Source: a virus | Lineage: Duplodnaviria; Heunggongvirae; Uroviricota; Caudoviricetes | DNA length: 46,538 nucleotides | Strand: one strand, 5' to 3' | IMG/VR virus record: IMGVR_UViG_2879754190_000005 | In this document: positions 1 through 11,701 of the stretch, piece after piece | Numbering within the stretch: position 1 is the stretch's first letter | Layout of the letters: each line of letters starts with the position of its first letter | Translations under genes and position numbers: made by a program | Notes under the pieces: model-generated | What the model was told of the DNA's origin: nothing | Seen by the model: the letters and a program-made list of their open reading frames with translations, nothing else | Databases searched by the model: none

Positions 1-817
1 TTAAGCAGCCATCTGATGATATTTTTCCCTGAAGGCTGCCGGGGAGATATTCCCCAGACGAGAGTGACGACGCTGACGATTGTAGAAAATCTCAATGTAT
101 TCCCGTATTACTGAGATGGCTTCATCCCGGTTATTAAAACGATAGTGGCTCAGGCTCTCATTTTTCAGCGTTCCCCAGAAGCTTTCCATCGGAGCGTTGT
201 CGTAACAGTTACCTTTACGCGACATTGATGTTTCAGACCAGACTGCTCCTGTATGACCCGGTAATCGTATGCGCAGTACTGTGAACCTCGATCAGAGTGG
301 TGGATTAGCCCGGCAGGTGGGCGCTGGCTCCTGAGCGCCATAAACAGGGCTTTACCTGTCAGCTCTTTTGTCATGCGCTCTCCATGGCGTAGCCGACAAT
401 TTCGCACGTATAAACATCTTTGATGCCAGCGAGGTACAACCATCCCTCCTGTGTGGCAACATACGTCAGGTCCGCCACCCAGACCTGATTTGGTGCTGTA
501 GGAGCGAACGTCTGGTTCAGCAGATTTGGCGCAACTGGCAGATTGTGGTTCGGGTTCGTAGTCGCTCTGAACTTGCGTTTCTGCTTACAGCGTAGCCTCA
601 GCTCCTTACGAAGACGTGCCAGTCGGTCACGACCAACGATGATGCCATTCTCTGCCAGCTCCGTCTGGAGCCGCCGGGTTCCATATGTTTCGCGAGTGCG
701 GATATGTGCCACCTTAATCTCCAGTTTTAGCCGCTCATCACTTTGTTTTCTGTCTGAGGGTTCATGCTGTACCCAGTTGTAATAACCGCTCCTGGATACA
801 CCAAATACCTGACACAT
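1..817 (-). pseudogene. IS600 OrfB transposase, broken into three frames
   Basis: Three overlapping ORF pieces covering one OrfB sequence; carries the GG (not GGG) variant at ...GYAMESA* plus a second frame break near SGLK. Confidence 0.75.
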
Positions 818-865
818 CGCTTCAATGGGAAATTGTTGTCGCCATTGTTCGATTAACGCGTATTT

Positions 866-1153
866 TCAGCGACTCCTGTGCAAAATACGCTGTTGCTTTT
901 TTAATATATCTCGCTCAAGGCGAGCTTCATTTAACGCCTTACGCAGTTGCAGAATTTCAGATTCCAGTTCAGCCAGCGTGCGGGAACCAGGAGTACCGAG
1001 CCCTTTTCTGGCGGCGGTAACCCATTGTCCTAAAGTGCCTTCAGGAAGGGATAATCGGGAAGCGCCTTCACTGATTGAAAGTTGATTTTCAAGAACCGTT
1101 CTGACAGCTTCGGCTTTGAACTCTTTAGAGTAACGTTGGGTTTTTCTGCTCAT
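866..1153 (-). CDS. IS600 OrfA transposase subunit (variant C-terminus)
   Basis: 95 aa [24 protein letters not shown]...; C-terminus differs from the 44852-45154 copy (KKQQRILHRSR vs KKATAYFAQESLKNTR), indicating a local indel. Confidence 0.75.
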   Translation of the reverse strand: MSRKTQRYSKEFKAEAVRTVLENQLSISEGASRLSLPEGTLGQWVTAARKGLGTPGSRTLAELESEILQLRKALNEARLERDILKKQQRILHRSR

Positions 1154-1256
1154 TATTAGCTCCTTCTGATGCCATTCTATTTCAGGAAGGAGTGTCCGTT
1201 AAACTCAGGCTACCTCACTTATTCTAAGCAACCGGGTAGCATCATACGGGGCAATT

Positions 1257-3736
1257 ATGGCCGCATTACCATACATGCAACTGTACATAGCTGATTACCT
1301 GGCTGACACCATGCATTTGTCAGCAGAGGAGCACGGCGCGTATTTGTTGCTGATGTTCAATTACTGGCAAACAGGAAAGCCAATACCCAAAAACAGGTTG
1401 GCAAAAATTGCCCGTCTGACTAACGAGCGATGGGTTGATGTTGAACCATCCTTGCGGGAGTTTTTTTGTGATAACGGCGACGAATGGATGCATCTTCGGA
1501 TTGAGGAAGATCTGGCATCTGTCAGAGAAAAATTAACCAAAAAATCAGCCGCAGGAAAAGCATCTGTTCAGGCCAGAAGAAGCAGAAAGGAAGCAGATGT
1601 TCAAACAAAACAAGAGAGAAATTTAACAGGTGTTCAAACAGATGTTGGAGTGGTGTTCGAACATGATGCTGGATTTGCCCTTATATTTCCAGACATCTGT
1701 TATCACTTAACCCATTACAAGCCCGCTGCCGCAGATATTCCCGTGGCGAGCGATAACCCAGCGCACTATGCGGATGCCATTCGTTATAATGCTCGAACGC
1801 CTCTGCAAGGTTCTTTGCTGCCGTTAACCCGTCTGGTTTGGGCATGATACTGATGTAGTCACGCTTTATCGTTTTCACGAAGCTCTCTGCTATTCCGTTA
1901 CTCTCCGGACTCCGCACCGCCGTGTTCTTCGGTTCAAGTCCCAACATCCGGGCGAACTGGCGTGTTTCATTAGCCCGGTAGCATGAACCATTATCCGTCA
2001 GCCACTCCACTGGAGACGACGGAAGATCGTTGCCGAAGCGGCGTTCCACCGCTCCCAGCATGACGTCCTGTACTGTTTCACTGTTGAAGCCGCCGGTAGT
2101 CACCGCCCAGTGCAGTGCCTCACGATCACAGCAGTCCAGCGCGAACGTGACACGCAGTCTCTCCGTTATCACAGCAGAACTCGAACCCGTCAGAGCACCA
2201 TCGCTGATTGCTTTCTTTCACGGCCACTCTGCCTGTATGTGCCCGTTTCGATGGCGGTACAGCAGGTTTTCGCTCAAGCAACAGCGCATTCTGGCGCATG
2301 AGCCGGTAAACACGTTTGGCATTGATCGCAGGCATACCATCAAGTTCTGCCTGTCTGCGAAGCAGCGCCCATACCCGACGATAACCATACGTGGGCAGCT
2401 CTCCGATAACATGGTGTATACGGAGAAGCACATCCGTATAATCAGTGTGACGACTGCGGCGGCCATCCATCCAGTCATCGGTTCGTCTGAGAATGACGTG
2501 CAACTGCGCACGCGACACCCGGAGACAACGGCTGACTAAGCTTACTCCCCATCCCGGGCAATAAGGGCGCGTGCGCTATCCACTTTTGCCCGTCCATATT
2601 CAACGGCTTCTTTGAGGAGTTCATTTTCCATCGTTTTCTTGCCGAGCAGGCGCTGGAGTTCTTTAATCTGCTTCATGGCGGCAGCAAGTTCAGAGGCAGG
2701 AACAACCTGTTCTCCGGCGGCCACAGCAGTAAGACTTCCTTCACGGTATTGCTTACGCCAGAGAAATAGCTGGCTGGCTGCTACACCATGTTGCCGGGCA
2801 ACGAGGGAGACCGTCATCCCCGGTTCAAAGCTCTGCTGAACAATTGCGATCTTTTCCTGTGTGGTACGCCGTCTGCGTTTCTCCGGCCCTAAGACATCAA
2901 TCATCTGTTCTCCAATGACTAGTCTAAAAACTAGTATTAAGACTATCACTTAAATAAGTGATACTGGTTGTCTGGAGATTCAGGGGGCCAGTCTAGATGC
3001 CAACACAAAGGCAACTAATAAAGATACAGATAAAGATCTAAAAACAGATCTAACCCATCCCAAACCCTTCCCTTCCGGAAGGGAGTTTCGGGATTTTGTG
3101 GCTGGAGTGCTTGAGGGGAGATTATCTGGCGGTACTGCAGCGGAATTTTGTAATTCTGCGGTGGTTGCGTTGCAGGCTGCTGGCCTGGATGTCTGTCGTG
3201 AGTATCCGGTGCCAGAGCGTGGTGACGGTTGCGGAGGGCGGATTGATATCGTCGTGACTGACAGGAACGGTGTCCGGTGTGGGATCGAGCTTGACCGAAA
3301 TTCTCCGCGACAGAAATCACTGCTCAAAATCGGTGCTGTTGAAACCGGGATATGTGTCTTGCGGCGCAGTGATATCGCAAGGCACACCGAGCAGGGAATT
3401 CTGGTTATCGGTGGGGCTGTTCGCCAGAAAAAATTTGACCCGTTGTCAGTTGATCTGCCCGACTGGTTGTCAGAAACACTCTGGCATGAGTGGGTCCAGT
3501 TCAGGCAGGCATTGCGAAAACCGATTCGAACGGAGCTGGGCGCTAACGGGGCGATACGGGAACTGGAAAAATTCCGTCAGCAGGGTTTTACACCTGAGCA
3601 GGTGATTCGACACAGCATCGCCAATGAATACCAGGGTCTGTTCGCGCCGAAAGGTGTTCGGCCTGAGACGTTGCTCCGACAGGTTAACACCGTCTCGTTG
3701 CCGGACAGTGCGATCCCGCCAGGCTTCAGGGGGTAA
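1257..3736 (+). pseudogene. Phage replication protein (DUF1376/YdaU-like N-terminus), interrupted by IS2
   Basis: N-terminal part 1257-1669 (MAALPYMQLYIADYLADTMHLSAEEHGAYLLLMFNYWQ...); reading frame resumes exactly after the IS2 target duplication at 2996 and runs to stop at 3736; gene order replication-initiator then DnaC-like loader. Confidence 0.65.
1670..2995 (-). mobile_element. IS2 copy 1 with 5-bp target duplication GATGC
   Basis: Ends TGGATTTGCCCC (1670) and reverse complement of TAGACTGGCCCCCTGAATCTCC (to 2995); GATGC at 1665-1669 and 2996-3000; orfA 2542-2949, orfB split 2126-2518 and 1681-2172 by a 2-bp (TC) deletion relative to copy 2. Confidence 0.9.
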
Positions 3737-3742
3737 CAGACC

Positions 3743-4486
3743 ATGAAAAATATTGCGACAGGAGGCGTTCTGGAGCGTATCCGCAGACTGACCCCACCAC
3801 ATGTAACCGCCCCATTCAGAACGGTTGCGGAGTGGCGCGAGTGGCAACTTGCTGAAGGCCAGAAACGTTGCGAGGAGATCAACCGCCTGAATCGTCAGTT
3901 GCGGGTGGAAAAAATCCTCCGCTCCGGCATCCAGCCGTTGCACCGGAAGTGTTCGTTTGCGAATTACCGGGCGCAGAACGACGGTCAGCGACATGCACTG
4001 AGTCAGGCGAAATCCATAGCTGACGAACTGATGACAGGCTGTACGAATTTTGTGTTCAGCGGTAAGCCCGGCACCGGAAAAAATCATCTTGCAGCCGCGA
4101 TTGGCAACCGGCTGATGGCGAAGGGGCGTAGCGTGATTATCGTCACCGTGTCCGATGTCATGAGCGTGTTGCATGAGAGCTACGACAACGGCAAATCCGG
4201 TGAAAAATTTTTACAGGAGCTTTGTGGTGTTGACCTGCTGGTCCTGGATGAAATTGGCATGCAGCGGGATACGAAAAACGAGCAGGTGGTACTGAACCAG
4301 ATTGTTGATCGCCGGACGGCATCGTTACGCGGTGTGGGGATGCTGACAAATATTAACCATGCAGCGATGAATACACTTCTCGGCGAGCGGGTGATGGATC
4401 GCATGGTCATGAACGGCGGGCGCTGGGTGAATTTTAACTGGGAGAGCTGGCGTCCGAATGTTAGCCATTCGAGGGTTGTTAAGTAG
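3743..4486 (+). CDS. DnaC/IstB-like replication ATPase (helicase loader)
   Basis: 247 aa with Walker A GKPGTGKNHLAAAIG and Walker B LLVLDEIG; immediately downstream of the replication-initiator gene. Confidence 0.8.
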   Translation: MKNIATGGVLERIRRLTPPHVTAPFRTVAEWREWQLAEGQKRCEEINRLNRQLRVEKILRSGIQPLHRKCSFANYRAQNDGQRHALSQAKSIADELMTGCTNFVFSGKPGTGKNHLAAAIGNRLMAKGRSVIIVTVSDVMSVLHESYDNGKSGEKFLQELCGVDLLVLDEIGMQRDTKNEQVVLNQIVDRRTASLRGVGMLTNINHAAMNTLLGERVMDRMVMNGGRWVNFNWESWRPNVSHSRVVK

Positions 4487-4500
4487 TTTCAGGAGGATTT

Positions 4501-4923
4501 ATGGCGAAACCTTTTACTCCCGAACAGCGGGAAGAACTGAAGACGCGAATTGTGGAACTCGTGCATCAGGACGGTCGGGTCACGATTCGGCAGTTGTCCG
4601 ATGAAACAGGTATCAGTCGTGCGTCTGTCGGTCGCTTATGCATAGAACTGGTCGCAAGTGGTGATGTATATAATTCTGGCTACGGCTTATTCCCGTCTGA
4701 ACAGGCTCGCAAGGACTGGCAAAGCGCCCGCAAAAAACTCTCGAGAGTAAAGGTGAGGAAACCGGTTGTTGTTGATCCGGACCTTATCTGGTCATTACCT
4801 GACAGAGAAATACGCCGCTACGACAGGCGCCTGAATATAATCTGTCGCGAGTGCCGGAAGAGCGAAGCTATGCAGCGTGTACTGGCTTTCTATCAGGGTA
4901 ATTTTCAGGAGGCGATACTGTGA
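4501..4923 (+). CDS. Hypothetical phage protein with probable winged-helix DNA-binding region
   Basis: 140-aa ORF, RBS-like AGGAGG upstream; segment VTIRQLSDETGISRASVGRL resembles an HTH. Confidence 0.5.
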   Translation: MAKPFTPEQREELKTRIVELVHQDGRVTIRQLSDETGISRASVGRLCIELVASGDVYNSGYGLFPSEQARKDWQSARKKLSRVKVRKPVVVDPDLIWSLPDREIRRYDRRLNIICRECRKSEAMQRVLAFYQGNFQEAIL

Positions 4924-5336
4924 ATGAATTAGCTATCAGGCTTCAATTACCGCTGGCATTCGCATCAAAGGAGAGGAGCATGGAAATAAAACCAGAAGAT
5001 GAGTTAAGCAATATCGTTTTATTTCCGATAAAAGAGGATGACCCTCGTAATCAGGTTAATTTTCTTTATAAGCCATCGGAAAGACCATATTGCCATCACG
5101 CCTCTGTACGGGTTGACGAAAAAGAGCGTCAGGTCCGCTGTAAAATCTGCGGTGCGGTTGTGGAGCCGTTTGACTGGATGCTCTCTGTGGCAAAAAGAGA
5201 AACCAGACTGGCAGATGATGTAAGGCTATTGCGCCAGGAGGAACAGGAAAGGCGGAGAAATATAGAAAAGCTGATACAGATTGAGCGTAACGCGAAAGCG
5301 CGGATACGCAGGGCGACAAAATCCAGAACTGAATAA
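4920..5336 (+). CDS. Hypothetical phage protein (Cys/His cluster)
   Basis: 138-aa ORF with TGA/ATG overlap to the upstream gene; CHH...CKIC motif and a basic C-terminus. Confidence 0.45.
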   Translation: MNELAIRLQLPLAFASKERSMEIKPEDELSNIVLFPIKEDDPRNQVNFLYKPSERPYCHHASVRVDEKERQVRCKICGAVVEPFDWMLSVAKRETRLADDVRLLRQEEQERRRNIEKLIQIERNAKARIRRATKSRTE

Positions 5337-5647
5337 TTAAATTTAGCACTGTTAAAAATTTAATCCTTAACCGGAGGGATTTCTGCACCCTCAAATCATC
5401 AGGAGACCGCCCGAAAGGGCGGTAAGAAATGAAACATTATTTAGAAAAAAATATCCGCGAAAGAGTAGAACAACAGAATTCCTGTTTCTCATTCTGTTTA
5501 TCGTGTTGATGACACCGATATCCCCGCAAATTTTTGTCTGGATAATCGGAAAAATAATTGAGCCAGTTATTGAATTGTATAACGACGTGGTATGGGCGTC
5601 ATTCAACACACTGCACAATAAAATTAATCCGTATAAGGAAAGCTGAT

Positions 5648-6013
5648 ATGGCACTGACGAAAAAACAACGTGCAGAACTGCGCATGAAGTTCGGTGGTCG
5701 CTGCGCTTATTGCGGCTGCGAACTTGGCGAAAAGTGGCATGCAGACCATGTAAAACCGGTCATTCGTTTTGATGGAAATATGCTTCACCAGGAACGTGAC
5801 GATATATCCAACATGGTACCAGAATGCCACCCATGCAATCTGCACAAGCATTGCAGTAGCCTGGAAGATTATCGACGAATTATCAGTGATGGTCGTCGTG
5901 AATTCCTTGCGTCCGGGAAAGGCAAAGCGCTGGTTCGTATGGGATTGGTTGAAATGAAATCTGACCCGGTTGTGTTCTGGTTTGAAATATATCAAGAAGG
6001 GGCTACGGCATGA
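5648..6013 (+). CDS. HNH endonuclease
   Basis: MALTKKQRAELRMKFGGRCAYCGCELGEKWHADHVKPV... carries the CxxC...HxDH HNH signature; start chosen at ATG 5648 after AGGAAAG rather than the longer ORF-track start at 5558. Confidence 0.7.
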   Translation: MALTKKQRAELRMKFGGRCAYCGCELGEKWHADHVKPVIRFDGNMLHQERDDISNMVPECHPCNLHKHCSSLEDYRRIISDGRREFLASGKGKALVRMGLVEMKSDPVVFWFEIYQEGATA

Positions 6014-6675
6014 CTACTATTACCAAAGAGCGACTGCAATGGCTGGCTAACATTTCTGGCCGCGATGATATTGACGATATAGACGGCGGTGAAATTCGTG
6101 AACTGGCGCTTATCGCTCTGGCATCACTGGAAGCAGAGCCTGTAGCGGAATGCATTGTTGAAGATGGGGGCATGTGTATTGATGGGTTCGGTGAGTATGT
6201 GGGTCACTCGCTGCCTGATGGAATGCATGAGCTTTATGCTGCCCCGCGAATGCGACAACCTGATGGATGGAAAGCCGTAGCTGTAGCGTGGAAGGTGACG
6301 TTTACTCAAGTTGACCAGGAATCTAATACGTTCACTGCTATATATTTTTACAAAGCGGAAGTTGAGCGTTGGGTACGACTGCATAAAGCATGTGATTTTC
6401 GGGCAGATATAACACCGCTTTACGCAGCGCCGGCAGTGCCGGTTGCAGTAAACGACGACATGGCTTACGCATTCCATCACGCACTGTCAGATTCATCGCT
6501 TGGCTCTGATGAAATCGAAGAAATTAAAACCGGTTTGCGTGCTGCCTTTGCCAACGTCACTATCCAACCAGAGCCGATAGTGCCGGATGAAATCGGGCCA
6601 AACGATAGTAATACGTTTGATTATGTTGATGGCTGGAACGCCTGCCGCGCTGCCATGCTTAAGGGAGATAAATAA
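6010..6675 (+). CDS. Hypothetical phage protein
   Basis: 221-aa ORF, start overlaps the HNH stop; acidic N-terminal region. Confidence 0.5.
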   Translation: MTTITKERLQWLANISGRDDIDDIDGGEIRELALIALASLEAEPVAECIVEDGGMCIDGFGEYVGHSLPDGMHELYAAPRMRQPDGWKAVAVAWKVTFTQVDQESNTFTAIYFYKAEVERWVRLHKACDFRADITPLYAAPAVPVAVNDDMAYAFHHALSDSSLGSDEIEEIKTGLRAAFANVTIQPEPIVPDEIGPNDSNTFDYVDGWNACRAAMLKGDK

Positions 6676-7040
6676 TGATTAATCGAACCAAACTGGAGCA
6701 CATTCTCGAATATGCCAGGCAGCAGAAATGTATTGGGCAACTTTGTAAAATTCCACCAGGAGATATGGTTGAAATCGTGGAAATGGCCATGCGTAAGGCT
6801 GGCAACTCTCCGGTAACTCTGGCTGGCTGGATAAGCTGTAGTGATGCAGTTCCTGCTGAATATTGCGATGTGATTCTTCTCGATGATCTCGGGAATGTAT
6901 TCCCCGGTTCCTGGGATAAGGTTTTTTGCCCCACTCGTGGCGGGAATAAGATGGCTTTTGTGGACAAAGACGGCGTTGAAGTAGAGAGCTCAACTCACTG
7001 GATGCCGCTACCGGAACCACCGCAGGAGGTGAATCAATGA
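6675..7040 (+). CDS. DUF551-like phage protein
   Basis: 121-aa ORF ending ...STHWMPLPEPPQEVNQ, the typical DUF551 C-terminal motif. Confidence 0.5.
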   Translation: MINRTKLEHILEYARQQKCIGQLCKIPPGDMVEIVEMAMRKAGNSPVTLAGWISCSDAVPAEYCDVILLDDLGNVFPGSWDKVFCPTRGGNKMAFVDKDGVEVESSTHWMPLPEPPQEVNQ

Positions 7041-7125
7041 CCTGGCCTGAGGCATTCACCACGGTAGGAATTGCGATGGCGGTGGCGCTGGTGGTGTATT
7101 CGATTTGCCGTTGGGGTTAACAAAC

Positions 7126-7156
7126 AAAAACCCCGGATTGATGGTCCGGGGTTTTT
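7126..7156 (+). terminator. Rho-independent terminator
   Basis: AAAACCCCGG-loop-CCGGGGTTTTT hairpin followed by T run, after the 6675-7040 operon. Confidence 0.6.
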
Positions 7157-7494
7157 GAAGGAAACAAAACAGAAACAGCAATTGCCGTTACCTGTTGTTA
7201 CCATGGCAAGTAAACGTATCTCAGGCGAGCGCATTGCGCCGTTCTGACGCAGATAAATTAGCCTGGATAGAAGGTGCTGGCAATAAAAAATAGCGTTTTC
7301 TTATCGGTATCGGTAAGATTGCTGCGGGTGCTTGAGGCTGTCTGCCTCGGGCATGCCACTGTAAGGCAGACAGAGAAAAGCCCCAGTTAACATTACGCGT
7401 CCTGCAAGACGCTTAACATTAATCTGAGGCCCAATCTATGTCTCACAAATGTAGGTTAGCCTCTTACGTGCCGAAAGGCAAGGAGAAGCAGGCT

Positions 7495-7650
7495 ATGAAG
7501 CAGCAAAAGGCGATGTTAATCGCCCTGATCGTCATCTGTTTAACCGTCATAGTGACGGCACTGGTAACGAGGAAAGACCTCTGCGAGGTACGAATCCGAA
7601 CCGGCCAGACGGAGGTCGCTGTCTTCACAGCTTACGAACCTGAGGAGTAA
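7495..7650 (+). CDS. hokD: Hok/Gef family small membrane toxin
   Basis: MKQQKAMLIALIVICLTVIVTALVTRKDLCEVRIRTGQTEVAVFTAYEPEE (51 aa) matches the Hok/Gef toxin family (RelF/HokD type) as I recall it; long structured leader upstream. Confidence 0.8.
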   Translation: MKQQKAMLIALIVICLTVIVTALVTRKDLCEVRIRTGQTEVAVFTAYEPEE

Positions 7651-7717
7651 GAGACCAGGCGGGGGAGAAATCCCTCGCCACCTCTCATGTGTCAGGCATC
7701 CTCAACGCACCCGCACT

Positions 7718-7742
7718 AAACCCGCTTCGGCGGGTTTTTTGT
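7718..7742 (+). terminator. Rho-independent terminator downstream of hok-like gene
   Basis: AAACCCGC TTCG GCGGGTTTTTT hairpin plus T run. Confidence 0.6.
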
Positions 7743-7886
7743 TGCGTGCTGAATACGCAGGGTGAAAAATAACCATATATTTGATTATATACACAACAAA
7801 AAATAAAAGTCATTGTACTTGCACATTAAACAATCAAATATACGGCGTGAAATAAATATTTATCAGATTAATATTTTTGTCTCTAT

Positions 7887-8138
7887 GTGGATATAACCGT
7901 TTGTACTTATAAACCTGGGGGCATCGTGGAAAAAATAAAGAAACTATTTAGTAGCAAATACGCAGTCATACGTCGTGATGACCTGTCAGTTATAGTCGAA
8001 ATGGATTACTTCCCTGAAACCCCAAAATCAATAATGTATCGTAATGGTCGAAAGGCAATTTTTTTACCGATGAGGGTAAGTGACATTATGGGAAATGATA
8101 AACTGCTGGATGAATTGCGAGTCAGAGCATCCTGTTAG
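7887..8138 (+). CDS. Hypothetical small protein (83 aa) in AT-rich context
   Basis: ORF preceded by a very AT-rich upstream region; its TAG stop lies inside the 9-bp IS1 target duplication, so the ORF is intact. Confidence 0.4.
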   Translation: MDITVCTYKPGGIVEKIKKLFSSKYAVIRRDDLSVIVEMDYFPETPKSIMYRNGRKAIFLPMRVSDIMGNDKLLDELRVRASC

Positions 8139-8140
8139 TA

Positions 8141-8908
8141 GGTAATGACTCCAACTTACTGATAGTGTTTTATGTTCAGATAATGCCCGATGACCTTGTC
8201 ATGCAGCTCCACCGATTTTGAGAACGACAGTGACTTCCGTCCCAGCCTTGCCAGATGTTGTCTCAGATTCAGATTATGTCGCTCAATGCGCTGAGTGTAA
8301 CGCTTGCTGATAACGTGCAGCTTTCCCTTCAGGCGTGATTCATACAGCGGCCAGCCATCCGTCATCCATACCACGACCTCAAAGGCCGACAGCAGGCTCA
8401 GAAGACGCTCCAGTGTGGCCAGAGTGCGTTCACCGAAGACGTGCGCCACAACCGTCCTCCGTATCCTGTCATACGCGTAAAACAGCCAGCGCTGACGTGA
8501 TTTAGCACCGACGTAGCCCCAATGTTCGTCCATTTCAGCGCAGACAATCACATCACTGCCCGGTTGTATGCGCGAGGTTACCGACTGCGGCCTGAGTTTT
8601 TTAAGTGACGTAAAACCGTGTTGAGGCCAACGCCCATAATGCGTGCACTGGCGCGACATCCGACGCCATTCATGGCCATATCAATGATTTTCTGGTGCGT
8701 ACCGGGCTGAGAGGCGGTGTAAGTGAACTGTAGTTGCCATGTTTTACGGCAATGAGAGCAGAGATAGCGCTGATGTCCGGCAGTGCTTTTGCCGTTACGC
8801 ACCACGCCTTCAGTAGCGGAGCAGGAAGGACATCTGATGGAAATGGAAGCCACGCAAGCACCTTAAAATCACCATCATACACTAAATCAGTAAGTTGGCA
8901 GCATTACC
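8141..8908 (-). mobile_element. IS1 copy 1 (768 bp) with 9-bp target duplication CTGTTAGTA
   Basis: InsA 8578-8853 and InsB 8156-8659 ORFs; termini GGTAATGACTCC... and ...GGCAGCATTACC; CTGTTAGTA at 8132-8140 and 8909-8917. Confidence 0.92.
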
Positions 8909-8986
8909 CTGTTAGTATTGGCATTAATTCTGGTATACTACATAACGGGCTGAACACCCATTCTACTGCGCCAGCGGAGAACTACG

Positions 8987-9586
8987 ATGGCGCATATACA
9001 ACTGGTCAAACAAACCTCTTCCGGATTACTTCTCCCGGCGACGCCGGAGAGTTGCGATTTTTTGCATCAAATCAAAATAGGTGAGTGGATACACGCAGAC
9101 TTTAAGCGTGTGCGTAACTACGCATTCCACAAGCGTTTTTTCAAACTCCTGCAACTGGGATTTGATTACTGGACTCCGGTCGGTGGGGCGATCACGCCTC
9201 GCGAACGAAAACTGGTATCAGGCTTCGTTGATTACCTGTGCGAATCAGTAGGTCGGGAACACACTCCAGCCCTGAGTGATGCCGCAGAGCAATACCTTAA
9301 TACAGTTGCGACATGCAGAACCCGGGATACGGCATTGCTAAAGTCGTTTGACGCTTTCCGCGAGTGGGTAACCATTCAGGCCGGATTTTACACCGAGCAT
9401 ATTTATCCTGATGGTAGTCGTGGGCGCAGGGCAAAATCTATCGCATTTGCGAACATGGACGAAACCGAGTTTCAGCAGGTTTATAAATCTGTACTGAATG
9501 TGCTGTGGAACTGGATCCTGTTCCGTAAATTTTCCTCTCCGGAGGAAGTCGAAAATGTGGCCGCGCAGTTACTGGAGTTTGCGTAA
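8987..9586 (+). CDS. DUF1367-type lambdoid phage protein (YbcN-like)
   Basis: 199-aa ORF with GGAG RBS; position and sequence character typical of a nin-region gene upstream of Q; family assignment from memory. Confidence 0.55.
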   Translation: MAHIQLVKQTSSGLLLPATPESCDFLHQIKIGEWIHADFKRVRNYAFHKRFFKLLQLGFDYWTPVGGAITPRERKLVSGFVDYLCESVGREHTPALSDAAEQYLNTVATCRTRDTALLKSFDAFREWVTIQAGFYTEHIYPDGSRGRRAKSIAFANMDETEFQQVYKSVLNVLWNWILFRKFSSPEEVENVAAQLLEFA

Positions 9587-9876
9587 TGGTGGATTTACGT
9601 AAAGCGGCGCGGGGGCAGATGTGCACCGTCAGAATTCCTGGCTACTGCAATCACAATCCCGAAACTTCTGTGCTGGCGCATTACAGGCTGGCGGGGACGT
9701 GCGGAACAGCGACAAAACCACACGATATGCAGGCAGCGATTGCCTGTAGCTCATGCCACGATTTAATCGACGGGCGGGTAAAAACCAGCGATTACACCAA
9801 AGAAGAATTACGCCTGATGCATGCAGAAGGTGTTTTTCGCACACAAGAAATCTGGAGAAAGGAAGGTTATTTATGA
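9586..9876 (+). CDS. DUF1364-type lambdoid phage protein (YbcO-like)
   Basis: MVDLRKAARGQMCTVRIPGYCNHNPETSVLAHYR... with Cys-rich motif; overlaps the next gene by ATGA. Confidence 0.55.
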   Translation: MVDLRKAARGQMCTVRIPGYCNHNPETSVLAHYRLAGTCGTATKPHDMQAAIACSSCHDLIDGRVKTSDYTKEELRLMHAEGVFRTQEIWRKEGYL

Positions 9877-10319
9877 TTTACCCAACAAATACAGGCAAAA
9901 GCGGGGAACACCTTCGTCTCACCACGCTGGAAAGTGTCTGGATTCAGGGAAAACTGCGCATGTGGGGGCGCTGGTCGTATATTGGCGGCGGTAAGACGGG
10001 AAATATGTTTAACCAGTTGCTGGCATCCAAAAAATTGACGAAAACAGCCGTCAATGAAGCCCTGCGCAGGATGAAAAAAGCGGGAATAGAGAAACCTGAG
10101 CTGGAAGCGTTTTTGCGAGAGATGATCAATGGCAAGCAAAAGACCTGGCTGGCGCATTGTACTGATGCAGAGGCGTTATGTATTGATAGAGTCATAAGTG
10201 AGGTGCTGGCAGAGCATCCTGGATTGATTAGTGTCCTCCGGCAACGGTATGAAGGGCGGGGGATGACTAAGCGTAAAATGGCTGAATTGCTGAATGACGC
10301 ACACCCTGAGTGGTGTTTC

Positions 10320-10322
<3 letters not shown>
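9873..10322 (+). pseudogene. Q-like late-gene antiterminator, C-terminus replaced by IS911 terminus
   Basis: MIYPTNTGKSGEHLRLTTLESVWIQGKLRMWGRWSY...; its TGA stop is the first 3 nt of the IS911 end. Joining the IS911 flanks restores about 33 more codons ending in TGA. Confidence 0.5.
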
Positions 10323-11565
<1,243 letters not shown>

Positions 11566-11671
11566 TTCCGGACGTGCTGCAGTCGGGTAGATGTATGGCT
11601 AAATCTTGCTGAATATATGCTCTATCTACCGATGCGTGATGCATTCTCTTCCGGGGATCTAAAAACCGTTT

Positions 11672-11701
11672 GTTGACTCAATCTGTTATCCGGGGCTATA
11701 T
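11672..11701 (+). promoter_or_regulatory. Sigma70-like promoter candidate (possible late promoter downstream of Q)
   Basis: TTGACT - 17 nt - CTATAT/TATATT hexamers at 11672-11677 and 11695-11701, in the position where lambdoid pR' would sit. Confidence 0.35.

Larger units (their letters stand above)
1..1217 (-). mobile_element. IS600 (IS3 family) copy, right end cut by window start
   Basis: Left terminus TGAGGTAGCCTGAGTTTAACGG seen as reverse complement ending at 1217; OrfA ORF 866-1153 and OrfB pieces 371-817, 165-443, 1-225 match the other IS600 copies in the window. Confidence 0.9.

Noticed and set aside
543-1085. ORFs antisense to IS transposase genes (e.g. 543-782, 825-1085, and their repeats in every IS600/IS911/IS1 copy)
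   Set aside because: They recur only because the IS is repeated, overlap the known transposase frames on the opposite strand and have no start signals; treated as non-coding.
1257-1847. 196-aa ORF as an intact gene
   Set aside because: Residues after about position 137 are translated from the IS2 terminus.
5401-5427. Hairpin ACCGCCC-GAAA-GGGCGGT as a terminator
   Set aside because: No T-run on either side; may be a structural element but cannot be called a rho-independent terminator.
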